This document shows, in pieces, positions 1 to 12,338 of a DNA stretch of 64,000 bases; position 1 is the first letter of the stretch, and every line of letters begins with the position of its first letter. Below the pieces are notes generated by a model that saw only the letters and a program-made list of their open reading frames with translations, had not been told where the DNA came from and did not search any database. Origin of the DNA: Dimorphilus gyrociliatus (taxonomy: Eukaryota; Animalia; Annelida); contig CAJFCJ010000041.1 in NCBI GenBank assembly GCA_904063045.1, positions 25,701-89,700 on the forward strand, given 5' to 3'. The translations under genes and the position numbers were made by a program.

Positions 1-357
1 ATATAAACTTAACTTAAACATTTCTTAATTAAATATTAAAAATTCTATATAACCATCAGATCTCTGTGACTATTTCAACCTTGACCCTCCATATTTTCTT
101 TCTCTTTATTTTTAGAAAAATAATTGCTTAGTTAAACAAAACTTAGTGTCTAGTGAATTTAACTGGCCTTTGTTAAAGAATTGTAAATGGGATGATTCTT
201 ATCTCAATGGTTCCACTTATAAAATATCTACAGACTTATATTTCACTTATCAAATATTCTGTTCAAATGAATCATAGTCATTTTAAGGTAGACTGAAAAC
301 AAGACAAATTTACAATCAATTCCTCAGTTTGCTTGCCAGTTTTTTTTAAAAAAAACA

Positions 358-680
358 GACCTAGACATAAAATGGCATTGTATATCCTCAAACAAATGAG
401 ATGAAATATTATGAAGGAATATTTCAGATATATTACAAACAATCTTGGTATCACATCAATCCACAATTTTTTGAATTGGAAAGAAACAAAGATGATTTGT
501 CAACATTTTGGATTTTCTGCAGAATCTGTTGGTAATCAACAAGTGGGTTCCCAATATTTTGGCCTAGTTCTATTTAACTTAAACTGTAGTATAGCTGCTA
601 AACTTTCAACTTGTGAATATCAGAACAAATGGTTAGCTTATTCAGATTTAGAAATTTTTGGTGATAAATTTCCATTTTAA
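358..680 (+). pseudogene. SRCR-like exon, remnant of an SRCR/LDLa/LRR GPCR-type gene
   Basis: Joining frames across two homopolymer shifts gives ...EGIFQIYYKQSWYHINPQF-NWKETKMICQHFGFS...LNCSIAAKLSTCE. This follows the SRCR pattern G-x-V-x-V...W...A-x-V-I-C-x-x-L-G-F and resembles the SRCR-like exons at 43441-43860 and 28107-28397. Confidence 0.55.
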
Positions 681-1519
681 TCAGTTTTAACCTTTAATCA
701 CATGTGTTTAAAAGTATTGATTTATGATATAAAAATTACTTTTTTCTTTCTTTACTCTTAAAAATAGAAACTCTCTTTTCATTAAATATTTTTGAAACAG
801 CATAACAAACTGTAAATGAATGAGATCTATCATTATTTTTATCAGACCTAATAATTCTATTAAGTTATTACTTTAACCTCTTTAGAAAACTGGTGTACAT
901 GTCAAAATTTATTCAGATCTGGAAATTTAGAAATTCTAGGTGGATAAGAATTCTCTAAATAAAAAAAATACATTTAAATATCAATCAAGATATGGGAGAA
1001 TCTTTAATAAATGTTTTTGTTCTTCTATCTCAATCAGCTAACACATTAACAGATATCAATCTTGAATGATGCCATCTAACTGCTAATCATGGTATTAAAA
1101 TTGGAAATTTGGTGAAAAAATGTTTCTTAGTCTTTGTTTCGAATATCCAGTTTTTATCCTACAATTTATCCTCAGGCCTATTGTAAACCATTCTTTTGTA
1201 AGGTGTCACATAGTCACATACAGTAGTCTGCATAAATTTTGGTGCACCCTAAATTTTGATAGGCCAAATTTAAAATAATGGTCAAAAATGTTTTTTCCCA
1301 AAAAAATAGTTGTTTTTGTCTAAATTTATAGAGATAAAGAGTAATATTTATGTAATATTGAAAAAAAATTGAGAAAATGATGATATTTGGATATCTGTTT
1401 TTAATTTTCACCCACTTGGCATTTCAGACGTTTGTTTAAGGTAAGTAAAAGAGAAAATGTTAAATGGAGAAATTCTGCGCATCTGCTTAGAAAATGTTGC
1501 TTTCTTTTGCCGTATCTAT

Positions 1520-2995
1520 CCAAGTCTTTTTGATATTGAACATCCAAACTGAAGTGAAAATTAACCAATATTAATTTACAGTTTGAATAGGAATTTTCTT
1601 GTTTTACTTTATAGACAACAAAATCAAGAAATTCAATAAGTGTTATTACAGAAGCACCCAAAAGGAGACCCATAAATCCACTAACTTCTGACAGGAAATA
1701 TAGAAAGCTAAACTTTTCCTGTTGAATAATCTTTTGAAAATTCATCTCTGTAAAAATTATCAACTTTTGCAAAATTCTTTCTGTTGAATGAAATTGAAAA
1801 TAGGAGAAATATTAACAATAAATCAAAACTGAAACTTACAGAAGAAATTCTTTGTTTATATTTTATAAACAATTTCTATAAAACTCATAAGTGAAAGATG
1901 GGAACAACAGAAGTCGCCCAGGGCAGAAGTCGCCCAGGACAGAAGTCGCCCAGAAATTGATAGAAGTCGCCCAGAGCTGTGACAGAAGTCGCCCAGAACT
2001 GTGATAGAAGTCGCCCAGGACTATGACAGAAGTCGCCTAGAACTGTAGAAGACATAATGTGTTTGTTCTTTGTTTCTATTGATTTCTGACAATTGAAATA
2101 TATAATAAGTATTAATAAATATAGAATGCATCATTTAATAATAACTAAATAGTGAATGAATTAAATAATAAAATACTGGCATTCTGTTGAAGGTTTCACA
2201 TAAATATCATTTATTTGCTTAAACTTGTTCACAAACTTGAGGTTCTATTTGGATCAGTACAGCAGAAAATTCCCACAATCACAATACAAAGTACAGTATT
2301 GAGTTTTAAACTAAAAATCTTATGCATTTCATTTAATTTATTAAATTTGTTTCTACATTCAAAGCAGAATTTTGCCATGTTCATCAATTTCTTTCAAATA
2401 CCTCTTATGTCAAAGATCATGAGAATTAAAAAAAAATTGTAAGATATATACATGATTTTAAAGAGACTAATATTTTTATCAAAACAATTGTTACTTTTGA
2501 AGGATTACAATGCAGAAAATCACTTAATTCGAATAGCTAACAATTCAATTTTCACAACAAATCAAGTGGTAAAACATTACTCTACAAAAAAAACTGGTAA
2601 AACAATTTCTTTCATTATCACTCAGAGATTACAAATAATAAATACAAACTACTTCATAAATTATTTTCATATATTTTGCATTTTATTAAGCATACTGTAA
2701 ACTTCTAGTACACTTCTGGGCGACTTCTGTCATAGTCCTGGGTGACTTCTATCACACTTCTGGGCGACTTCTGTCACAGCTCTGGGCGACTTCTATCAAT
2801 GTCTGGGCGACTTCTGTCCTGGGCGACTTCTGCCCTGGGCGACTTCTGTCGTATTCGTGAAAGATTGAAGATCATTGTACTTGGATATTAGATCACCAAG
2901 TTTTTCTATGAAAATATTTGGATAGTTGAGTGTACACAATGCAATGGCATTTCCAAAGAAATAAAAACAATCGCCCCAGTCTTTTACTTCATTCA
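1520..2995 (-). pseudogene. DEG/ENaC paralog, 3' portion, frameshifted and split by a foldback element
   Basis: The minus strand encodes KNFAKVD-(frameshift)-EMNFQKIIQQEKFSFLYFLSEVSGFMGLLLGASVITLIEFLDFVVYK, with the same intron positions as the intact gene at 9113-9167 and after 9342. The upstream exon (DWGDCFYFFGNAI...KYNDLQSF) matches SWSECFLHLADAI...KYNDLHIF and continues across the 1900-2856 insertion. Confidence 0.85.
1900..2856. mobile_element. Non-autonomous foldback/Mutator-type element (957 bp) with long TIRs built from AGAAGTCGCCCA repeats
   Basis: Arms of about 150 bp at 1900-2045 and 2705-2856 are reverse complements, each with about 7 AGAAGTCGCCCA units. A perfect 9-bp direct repeat GTGAAAGAT lies at 1891-1899 and 2857-2865; a 9-bp TSD is typical of Mutator. 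Confidence 0.9.
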
Positions 2996-3000
2996 GTTAG

Positions 3001-3069
3001 GGGTGCGAATGTACCTGGGTTCGAACGTACCCAAGGTGGGTGCAAATGTACCCAGGTACATTCACACCC
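3001..3069. repeat. GC-rich 69-bp palindrome made of GGGTGCGAATGTACC-like units
   Basis: 3001-3020 (gggtgcgaatgtacctgggt) pairs 19/20 with 3050-3069. It lies just beyond the 3' end of the MULE ORF and is probably TIR-derived. No TSD was found. Confidence 0.7.
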
Positions 3070-3310
3070 TCTTTCCTCTTTCATTTATTTATTGATTTTT
3101 CATCAAATGGTTTGGTTCCAGAGGTGTACACATGTTATACTGTTGATTAGATATTGTAAATACACAGTTGAATATGAACTGAAAGATATGTATTTAAACA
3201 GCTAAACAAACACTAAATTCTAATACTAAAGAATAAGATAAGTTAAAAACTGATGTTTATGCTGGAGAGTAGATATGAGATGTCTGCATCAATAAATCAA
3301 TTGATGTCAA

Positions 3311-5540
3311 TTAGCTCAACTTGAAATCATCCCACAAATTAAAAATTTTCTTTTGGATGTCAACATATTTTTTCTTTTGATATTTGAAAACTCTTTTCTC
3401 TGACAATGATTTCTCATAAACTGCAATAAATTCAGCCTGTTTCTTTAGTTCAGCAACCAGCATGTAAAAAGATCCTTTAGCAGGTAGCTTACTGTTCATT
3501 CTTTGATGCCATCCCTCACAGTCATTATTGGTTCTAATGGATAAATCAAAAACTGACCAATTATTTACTTTCCATAGTTTGTTTTCCACCCAGTGTGTTT
3601 TGAAGTATTCCAAGAGATCTAAAAACTTATTTTTTTCAAATAGCTCTGTCTTTATGCTGTCAAAAGTTGGTTGAATAATATGTGGTGGCAAAAAAGGGAG
3701 TGCCATCAATTTTCTGAAATCTTTCCAATCATCTCCTTTTTCCTTATATTTCTTCACATAGCCAAGAGCCTTTTTAATAATTCAAGTTATTCAATATACA
3801 ATAAGTTTTAGATAAAAATAACTTACCTGTATTTTTCTATAAACTGCTTGTGTGAAATGAAACACACAACCTTGAAATTCAGGCATGGGGTATATTTTTA
3901 TTAATGCTTTCCATAGTCCTTTTTCAAAATCCATTGTAATTCTTTTGGGATGTTCATCATTTATCAGATTGTTGATTATGCTGCAAGCAAAATTATATTT
4001 CATCATTATTCTTGTACAGAAAAAAAAAATTATTCAACTGAAATGCTTGGATATATGCTTTGGTATGCTTTGATGTTAAGAAAATGAAAACAAGAGGGAC
4101 TTGCTTCATATCACCACTCTTTTTTACAAAGGAATGAACAGTGACAAGCTGATAAAATGGATCCTTAACAATTTTGAAAGTACCATCAATATACCAGTAG
4201 TTGGATTTGGATAATAAGTTCAGCTGATGGTTTGTTGCAAAAATTAAGATTCTTTCTCCATTTTCACAAATGTCTTTCTGGAGAAATTCATCAGGTAAAA
4301 AAGTTGTGTTCAAGTTGAAATTATACACTTTTGGTTCAACTGGCCTGAATTTTTGTCTGTTTGAGTTTGCCATCCTTTTTAAGCAATTGATATCAGGAAG
4401 ACATTTAGCATTAGGTTCATATGATAATAGAACTTTTTCAGCAATGCTTCTTGCAGATGCTTTGTTATCACTTTTGCAAATAGTTTTTACATCAGTTTTT
4501 ACTTTAACATCTACTTCCAAATTAGGTTTTCTGTTGTGATTATGTTCCAGATTGCCTTTAATAAATATACTTCCATTTTGTCTTATTCTAGCTACACATC
4601 TTTTTTTCTTACTTCTCACACTGCATACCCAAATTGTTGTTGTAAGTGTTTTATGTTTAACAACAAAAGAATATCCATCATTCAATAAAATGTCATGTCC
4701 TTTTCTGCTTCCTCCTTGTACAATCTCAAAATTATTCCTCCTGATTGAGTCATTTTCATCTTCTGTATTTTCATCAGTTCCTTCTACATCCATTGATTGG
4801 TTTTCTGATTGCCAAGGACTTTCATAATCCAATGTTGAATCTTTAACCTCAGCAGGATCACTTCTGTTATCATTGTACAACTTTGGTTATATTTTACATG
4901 CTTGAACTCTATTATTTTATGCAACTTATACATGTACATTTTAAAACCTACACAAGAAAATGCTATAACATTGGCCAAACATAAGTCTGATTAGTCAGCT
5001 TGAAGGCTCATCTTTAATTACCAATAAAGGTTTGGCCAAGTTATAATTTTAATTAACTTGCCTAGGGTGTGGCCAAGTTATAATTCAATTAACCTTCCTA
5101 AATGTTCAACCTTGTAACATCCTCTTACTAAACATAAATATGAACTACACATTTCGGCAACTGTAAAGTGATGATTGGATGTCAGAGGCAAACCTCAAAG
5201 TATATAAATCCTCACTATTCTCATTTGGCATGCAGCTTCCATCTGGACCCAAGGACCTGGGAAAATCATCTGGAAACAACCTCCACTGGAACAATCCATC
5301 TACTCCTCAACATTGGAAGACAGTTTGGTAATTTGGCAACCTGCTTTTACGAACTATCTACTCTGCTATCGAACTCTCATATTGTTACTTGCTTAAGTAT
5401 TATTATTTTGAATAAACCGTTTTAATTTAAACATTTGTTTAAAGGTTCGAGTAGAACCAGTATTGTTATAACTTGCAAACACATAGATTTTGCCAGCAAG
5501 AGCAGTACATTATTAACTTCAACACTATGCAAAACACTAT
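3311..5540 (-). mobile_element. Mutator/MULE (Phantom-like) transposase with FLYWCH and DDE domains, two introns, interrupted by a solo LTR
   Basis: FLYWCH: GYSFVVKHKTLTTTIWVCSVRSKKKRCVARI...HNH. MULE core: WYIDGTFKIVKDPFYQLVTVH, ITMDFE, GCVFHFTQAV, RTNNDCEGWH. GT-AG introns at about 4037-3979 and 3826-3768 keep the frame open from the LTR junction to the stop at 3311. Confidence 0.93.
4874..5509 (+). mobile_element. Solo LTR, family A (636 bp, TGTACAAC...GCAGTACA)
   Basis: TG...CA termini, internal TATA (gtatataaat), and AATAAA about 95 nt from the end. Near-identical copies lie at 23422-24056 and 57472-57894. Flanks are tcat/ttat (4-bp TSD with 1 mismatch). Confidence 0.85.
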
Positions 5541-5627
5541 ACTATTCAAAACAAATTCACTTTCTACAACTTTTTCCATTCATTTTTCATAACAACTTCA
5601 CTGATTGATATGATCAATAAAGGCCAC

Positions 5628-5666
5628 TGTACTTTCCTGCTGGGGGTTGTAGGTCATAAGTGTACA
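5628..5666. mobile_element. 39-bp collapsed solo LTR of family C with perfect 5-bp TSD
   Basis: tgtactttcctgctgggggttgtagg|tcataagtgtaca is the two termini of the 36158-36735 element joined directly. It is flanked by GCCAC at 5623-5627 and 5667-5671. Confidence 0.85.
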
Positions 5667-6461
5667 GCCACGGAAGCCTAAATTTTCAAAGAATTTATAG
5701 AGCCAGAATTAATTATAGGAATTGAACATAAGGATCTTTATTTTCATTATTTTCAAACTCTTTGTAAAATATAAATTAATTGGAAGGTACACATTGGATT
5801 CATTTGTTATTCATGGAATAATGTCATTCTTCCCCCTGTTCAATTTTTAATAGAGTAAGTTAAATGAAACAAAATAGTGTTTTATTCACCTAAAATATTG
5901 ATTTTCAATGTATGAATGTGGTGTGAAAGAATATTCTTTATTTTTTTCAATGAAACTCAATGATTAACAGATATTTCATGTCATTCATTACATCAGGCTA
6001 TGATAGATGGAGCCACCATTGAATTAGTAAGGGTAAAAAAACCTTAAAAATAGATATTTTTTTCAAACTACTGACCTTTACCAAGCCCTTTAAATGATTG
6101 TTACACTCTGGGCAAACAAGACAAACTTGACAGTATCCAAATATTAAATATTAATTTATTAGCATTGTACTTGTTTAGATTCACTTGATAAAAATAATTT
6201 GTCTTTATGAACAATTTATATAGAATATATGAAAAAAATTCTATTCTATTGATACCAAATTCTCACAGACACAAAGCTTTAATAAAACAATTGAAAACAA
6301 TAGAAAAAAGCTATCCATTTACATTTTATAGTTGACATGAAAAATTTAATAACATTTCCTGTTTGCATTCATTGAAAATTATATAAAACACAACTTTTGA
6401 TATAGCTAATTTAATCATTGTGAAACTTATTATCATCTATATAAAAATCCAAAAAGAAACA

Positions 6462-9400
6462 ATGTCTAAAAATGTAAAAACCTGGTTGGATTTTTTTAAT
6501 GAAACAACATTTCATGGAATAAAAAATATTTTTGAGAAAGAATATCCAATTTTTAGGCGTATAATCTGGATATTTATTGTTCTTGGAGCAATAACATTAT
6601 TTTCTTATCAGCTGGTCAGAAGAGGGTTAGATTATAGTAAGAAAGATGTTACAGTGAATGTTGAAGTGATCTATGCCGATCATCTTGATTTTCCATCCGT
6701 TACAATTTGCAATCAAAATAAATTCAGGTAGATTGTTTTTTTAGAAAAAAAAAACTAAAGATGATGATAGTTCATTTGATTTTTCTCCAGAATGACAAGT
6801 TCTATGGAATTGAATTTGTATAAATTCTTAAGTAATGTTTATAGTTCAAATGGAAATAATAATGTTTCCTTTGATCAAAACTTACCAAAAGATTTAATCA
6901 ACAATATTGAGTATATTTATGACTTTTCTAGACATAAACAATCAAATTTGATATTCAATTGTTATTGGGCTGGTGAAAAATGTCCAGGAGAGTATATTAC
7001 AAAAAGTATCACCGACTATGGAATATGCTATACATTCAACTCTCCTTCATCTCTAAAACAAACTAAATCCTTAACAGTTACTGAGTCTGGATTGAATAAT
7101 GCTCTTTCCCTTCTACTCAATCTTGAACAATACGAATACATGCCTGGACCAGATAATGATGCTGGTGTTAAAATATTCCTACACGACGATTACAAAAGAC
7201 CACTTATGTCTGATTTAGGATTTGCCGTAGCTGCCGGAATGCATACCCTAGTTGGAATAAAACGAACAGAATCTGAAAGTTTAGGTGATCCATTTGGAAA
7301 GTGTATTAAATCAAATTACAAATCTCACGCCGAGTGCATAGATCATTGTCGATTAAGGGCATCTGCAAACATATGTAAATGTACACCATATGAAGCAAGT
7401 GCAATTTTAACAGAACCTAATCAAAGTTACAAAAGACTGTGTTCCATCATAGAGAATTATGGATGCATTAGAACATCATTAGATAAGATAAAAAAGGATA
7501 AAAACAACTGTTCCTGTTCAGTTCCCTGTAAACAGATTATCTATGAACCAAATCTATCGTTTTCGGCAATATCTCAATTCGAAGCTGATAAAGTAATACT
7601 TGGAAATGTTAATAGAATGGAAACATTAAAAGAAGAATATTTGAATGTTTTAGAAATTGGAGAAAAGAAAATTGAAAAAAAATATAATTTAAATTACAAA
7701 TTCATTGAACCATTTGTAAAAGATATGAAATTATTTTTATCTTATTTTAAATCTACTCATAAGATCTATAAATCTAATGAATTTTTCAATGGAATCGGTA
7801 TAAGTTTAATTGAATCATTATCAACTGATATAAGTAATTTGACTGAGAATTTTCTGAGAATTGAAAATGCAGTTCATTCTGCTAGAATGATAGAATTATA
7901 CGAAATTTTTATGCAAATGTTTGATACAACAAAATATTTTAAAGAACGTCTATTTGGGCCAATTCTAATACAAAAAACTTTCTTAAATTTTGATTTGGAA
8001 GATTGTATATCAACTATAGAAACTATTGATCTTTCAGAGTCATCAGCAACTTGCAACAACTTTATGAAACATTTTCGTTTCAGCGTATTCAATAGTCTAA
8101 GTTCAAATTTTAAAGAATTTTGGATAATTGCTCTAAGAGAAGCTGAAATATTTCTAGGTAATTCAGACACTGTTCACCATTTTCAAAGTGAATACATAAT
8201 GGAAATTGAAAGAATATTTGGAATGGATAAAACGAATGCAAAATTGCCATACGAGACAAATTGTAAACAATTCTTTACAAATTTGTTATTTGAACAGGAA
8301 TTTTTACAATTCCATGGCACAGATAATAACATAACTAATTTTGAAATTGGTAACAGAATAAGAAATGTTATTAGTGGATTATTTAATATTGAAGAAATTT
8401 TTAATGATCAAAAATTTCAATCTGTTTGTCTATTAAAAGAAAAATATAATTTTTTTACACCAATTCATTCAGAAATTTGGAAAATTCAAAATTCATCATC
8501 AGATTTCTTGATAAATTCAATAGACTTTAAAGAAGAATTAAACTCTATAGACATTATTCATAGGGATGTCTCATCAAAAGTTTATCTACTGGAATTGTAT
8601 TTAGATAAAAATTCCTCAATAACAAAAGTCAATATAACTGAAATGTTTGAACTGGAAAACTTTTTCATTGATATAAAAACTTTAATAAGTTTTTATGAAA
8701 GTATTAATAGACAATTTACAATCTTTGATAAGCATGTTAAACAGATAACAAAAGAACTAGGGTTATTAGAAGATGCAGTAGAAAAAAATCTCAAATGGCC
8801 TTATCCTATAAAAGATGATACCAATTTAACAGTTGTTTATGAAACTGTCAATGAATTTTATAAGATATACAACAAATCTAAAGTTGAGTACAATATTCAA
8901 CACAATTGTTCTGAAAAAGCATTGGAAAAAGCATTACAAAACAGCTGGAGTGAATGTTTTTTACACTTAGCAGATGCAATTGGACACTTTGGCCTTAAAC
9001 TTCCAAAAGTAGTTACTAAATCCTTTACTGAAATTCAATACAAGTACAATGACCTTCACATTTTTATGGCTGAATTTAATGAAATTAGTAAGATAAATAA
9101 GGATTTTTTCCTGTAGGTTTTAATTCATATTTCCTCTTTCCATATTTCAAATAAATACAAATTTCAGAAAGAATTTTGCAAAAGTTGATGTTTTCTACAA
9201 AGAGATGAATTATCAAAAGATTACTCAACAAGAGAAATTTGGTTTTCTATCTTTGCTCTCTGAAGTTGGTGGATTTATGGGACTTGTTTTGGGAGCATCC
9301 GTTATCACAATCATTGAATTTATTGAATTCTTTGTTTATAAGGTAAAAACAAAAACAAAAATGGGAAAAAGATATTTCAAAAATAATTAATTGAATTAAT

Positions 9401-9481
9401 TTCTTTTAGATTATACTAAATATTTCTGAAAATATAAATAGAAATAAGAAAATAGGGAATATTCATTGCGAAAATGTATAA
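6462..9481 (+). CDS. DEG/ENaC (ASIC/FaNaC superfamily) sodium channel subunit, 944 aa, 4 exons (6462-6727, 6791-9112, 9168-9342, 9410-9481)
   Basis: N-terminal ETTFHGI motif, TM1, FPSVTICNQN, TDYGICYTFN, GLxxALSLLLNLEQYEY, Cys-rich thumb, and TM2 SEVGGFMGLVLGAS with the GAS filter. All GT-AG introns are phase-compatible, giving 2835 nt of coding sequence. Confidence 0.95.
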
Positions 9482-9929
9482 GACGTTTTAAAGATTCCCT
9501 GTCTCTTTTTAAGAATCTCTTTGATTTCAAATGAATTCAGCCCAGTATATATCAATAAATGAAAACAAAACTTTAATTTCACTTTAATCATTTGAATGAA
9601 ATGTTTTGTTTAATTGATTCTTACACAAATAGCTCTAAGTTTAATAGACTGGTTTAATAATTTTTTGTAACATTTATTTTCATGTTTTGCCAACTTTCAA
9701 CCTTACTCAAGAATATCTTCTGAATTTCATGAAACAATATTCCTTCAAAAGGTTTAAAATACAAAACTCAACAAATTTTGTATATCTTTTCTCTCTGTAA
9801 GTAAGAAAAAAAAACCTTAAATAGGCCTGACATAATTTAAATAGAATTTGACGTTTAGACTTGTTCATTGTAATCAATAATAGACATGACATATCCTAGC
9901 CCTTTCTCTCTCTTTCAATTGTTTCAAGT

Positions 9930-10430
9930 ACTTTTTTACAGATCTTACATACTAATTATCCATTTCTAATAAGAAATTTATATAAAATTGCCTATTTGAT
10001 GATTAATTCATCATTTGTATTGAACAAATTGTCACTTTAATTATTGTTTTGTTGGATATTTTCTTGTTATCTGTTCAAATTTTATCCAGATATGGCTCAT
10101 TATTATTTACTTGTTATTATTTCCTTTTCTTTTATTTTCAATATGAAAAGTCAAAGAGCTCTCTTTCATAATAGAATTAAAACAATCCAAAATGGATGAC
10201 AATTTTAAATTGTGACATTTTTCTTTTATATTTTTAAAAATTGCTTTATCAAAACAATTTCTCCAATATTGTCATCAAATGAACAATCAGATAATACTAG
10301 TATTTTCAGTTTGCAACACTTTTCATTTGTTCTTTCAAACATTGAGTTTTCAAATTTTCTCATCTATTATCAATTTATTGATTGGCATTTTAAGAATTTT
10401 AACAATTTCTGGTTTTTATAATCCATTTCA
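9930..10430 (-). pseudogene. Possible degraded RNI-type LRR (NLR-like) fragment
   Basis: Broken frames contain KCCKLKILVLSDCSFDDNIGE and FKNIKEKCHNLKLSSILDC, which resemble the RNI-like LRRs at 54535-55068. There are multiple stops. Confidence 0.3.
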
Positions 10431-11289
10431 ATTCTTTTCAAATTCAACAACAAACTTTGTGCCTTGTTAAACAACTGTTTAGCTTAAAATGGCTGTCAAA
10501 AATAGGACATTTAAGTAAGTAGATATCTGAATGATCAATAGCAGCAGGGGGGATTATTTGTATTATTTTTCTTCTCAGTCATCTATTAATTTCTTGAAAA
10601 TACTCCAAATAGAAGATTGACAATACGTCCATCCACAGGTTCAAGCTGAGAGGGAAGTGGTCATAAAAGCTGAAAAGCGTCTATTTAATAGTAATTGATA
10701 AGGATATCTTATCATTTTATCTAAAGATGAAACTCCTTAATTATGAACATGATATTATATATTTATCTTTTTTTTTAATCACGGGATGAATAATTTTTGG
10801 GTTTTTTCCAGAATTTTAGGCCTATAATGAAGGATGTATTAATTCAGTATGACAAATATCTATTTTATCAAAAAAAAAGAAAAAATTTATTCTTAAACAA
10901 TTATAAATGCCATCTAGTGAGTATTAGTAGAATCAATTTGTGAGATAAGATAGTTTTTTAAAACAAAAACTAGTTTTAAGAAAATATAATATATAAATAT
11001 ATATTGGTGACCTAGAAAATGGACAATTATTTTGTATTTAAATTAAGCCTGTTAATTTCATCACACATTGATTGATTAATAATATTGCAAATCATTAGTT
11101 AGTATCTTTAAACAAATTCTCAACTTTCTTTCTAAATATGATAAACAACCAAAAATGAATTTATTTATGCATCTGCTCAGATAAAAAATGAGTAATTATA
11201 GATTAATTTTTAATGTTGATTTGAATGAAAACATCGCTGTAGTCTAACAACTGGAGATTTGTAATATCTACATTTCTCCTAATTTTTGG

Positions 11290-12304
11290 AAAAGCATATT
11301 GGCAGCCTCTGAATATGAAAATTGCTAACATTGATTACCTGGAAGACTGTCTATCAGGGCAATCATATTGTGAAACAGAAGAAGCCATTATTGTCTTAAG
11401 AAGCCTTAAAAACAATTACACTCTTGGACAACAATCTACATGGAAGAAAATTGGCAATGGACTTGATTGTATAAAATTTGCTGGTCATTATTCTTGTCCA
11501 GGATATTCTATTTTAGATATCCCTTACCAAGACAAATTCATTGATGGTATTGGTGGTTTCGGAACCAAAGTATTAGTGCCATTGGAAGAACAGAATCTAA
11601 TACTAGAAACAGCCAGTGAACACCTACATAATTCATTACACTACCAATAGATTTCCACTCCAAATGAGAGAAGCTGCCAGAAACTCTGCTTTACTACAAG
11701 GAATTGATTGAAATTTCAAGAATTTGAAACAGTTCACTGAGTAATTATCAAGACTACTATGCAATCAATTTGTACAACGAAGCAGAATGATTTCATTACT
11801 TGCAAACCTAGATCCTCACCTGACCACTGTATTGATTAATCAAGTGGGGATATGCAGTAGCCAAATGGGAGAACTAGCTATAGTTAAGCAATGCTTACCA
11901 ATAGACTCTACGGAAGTAGTTTGTGACTTAGAAGTAATAAAAAAGAAAAAAATGTTCTCACTAGAACAAAACCAAGCCAGGTATGATAACATGGTCAACA
12001 TTGCAGAAGAGAATGGCATTGTATATGATCAATCTGGAGTTAAATAGTTTTTTTCCATAATTGGTACTATTAACCTGGAAAAACTCTCTACATTATCTTA
12101 CAAAACATTTGCTTGGGTATCCTAGTATCAATAGTTTGCATTGTGATTTTCTACAATTTTCCAAAAAGGACTAAAGAAACACAGAGAGAAACAACTACCA
12201 AAGAAGATGAAGATAACTCATTAGAGCAGCCAACATCTCACATGCAAAGCTGTGGCCTTGGAGAAGGTCCATCTGAGAACATCAGGAACAAAGACCACCC
12301 CTGA
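11290..12304 (+). pseudogene. Decayed env-like class III fusion glycoprotein (herpesvirus gB/chuvirus G-like) of an LTR retroelement
   Basis: Contains LCNQFVQRSRMISLLANLDPHLTTVLINQVGICSSQMGELAIVKQCLPID, which has the gB central-helix motif spacing. Also has Cys-rich upstream segments, a TM segment (LGILVSIVCIVIFYNF) and a charged tail, followed by a PPT and LTR. Stops and frameshifts are present. Confidence 0.7.
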
Positions 12305-12338
12305 TCCTAATTAAGCCAAGAAGAAGGGACTCATCTTC

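Noticed and set aside
1908-2040. Repeat-spacer-like AGAAGTCGCCCA array resembling CRISPR
   Set aside because: Spacers are only 3-10 nt and non-unique, the array is mirrored as a TIR, the context is eukaryotic and there are no cas genes.
5168-5425. 85-aa ORF repeated at 23715-23972
   Set aside because: It lies inside solo LTR-A; the conservation reflects recent copying, and it is deleted in the third copy.
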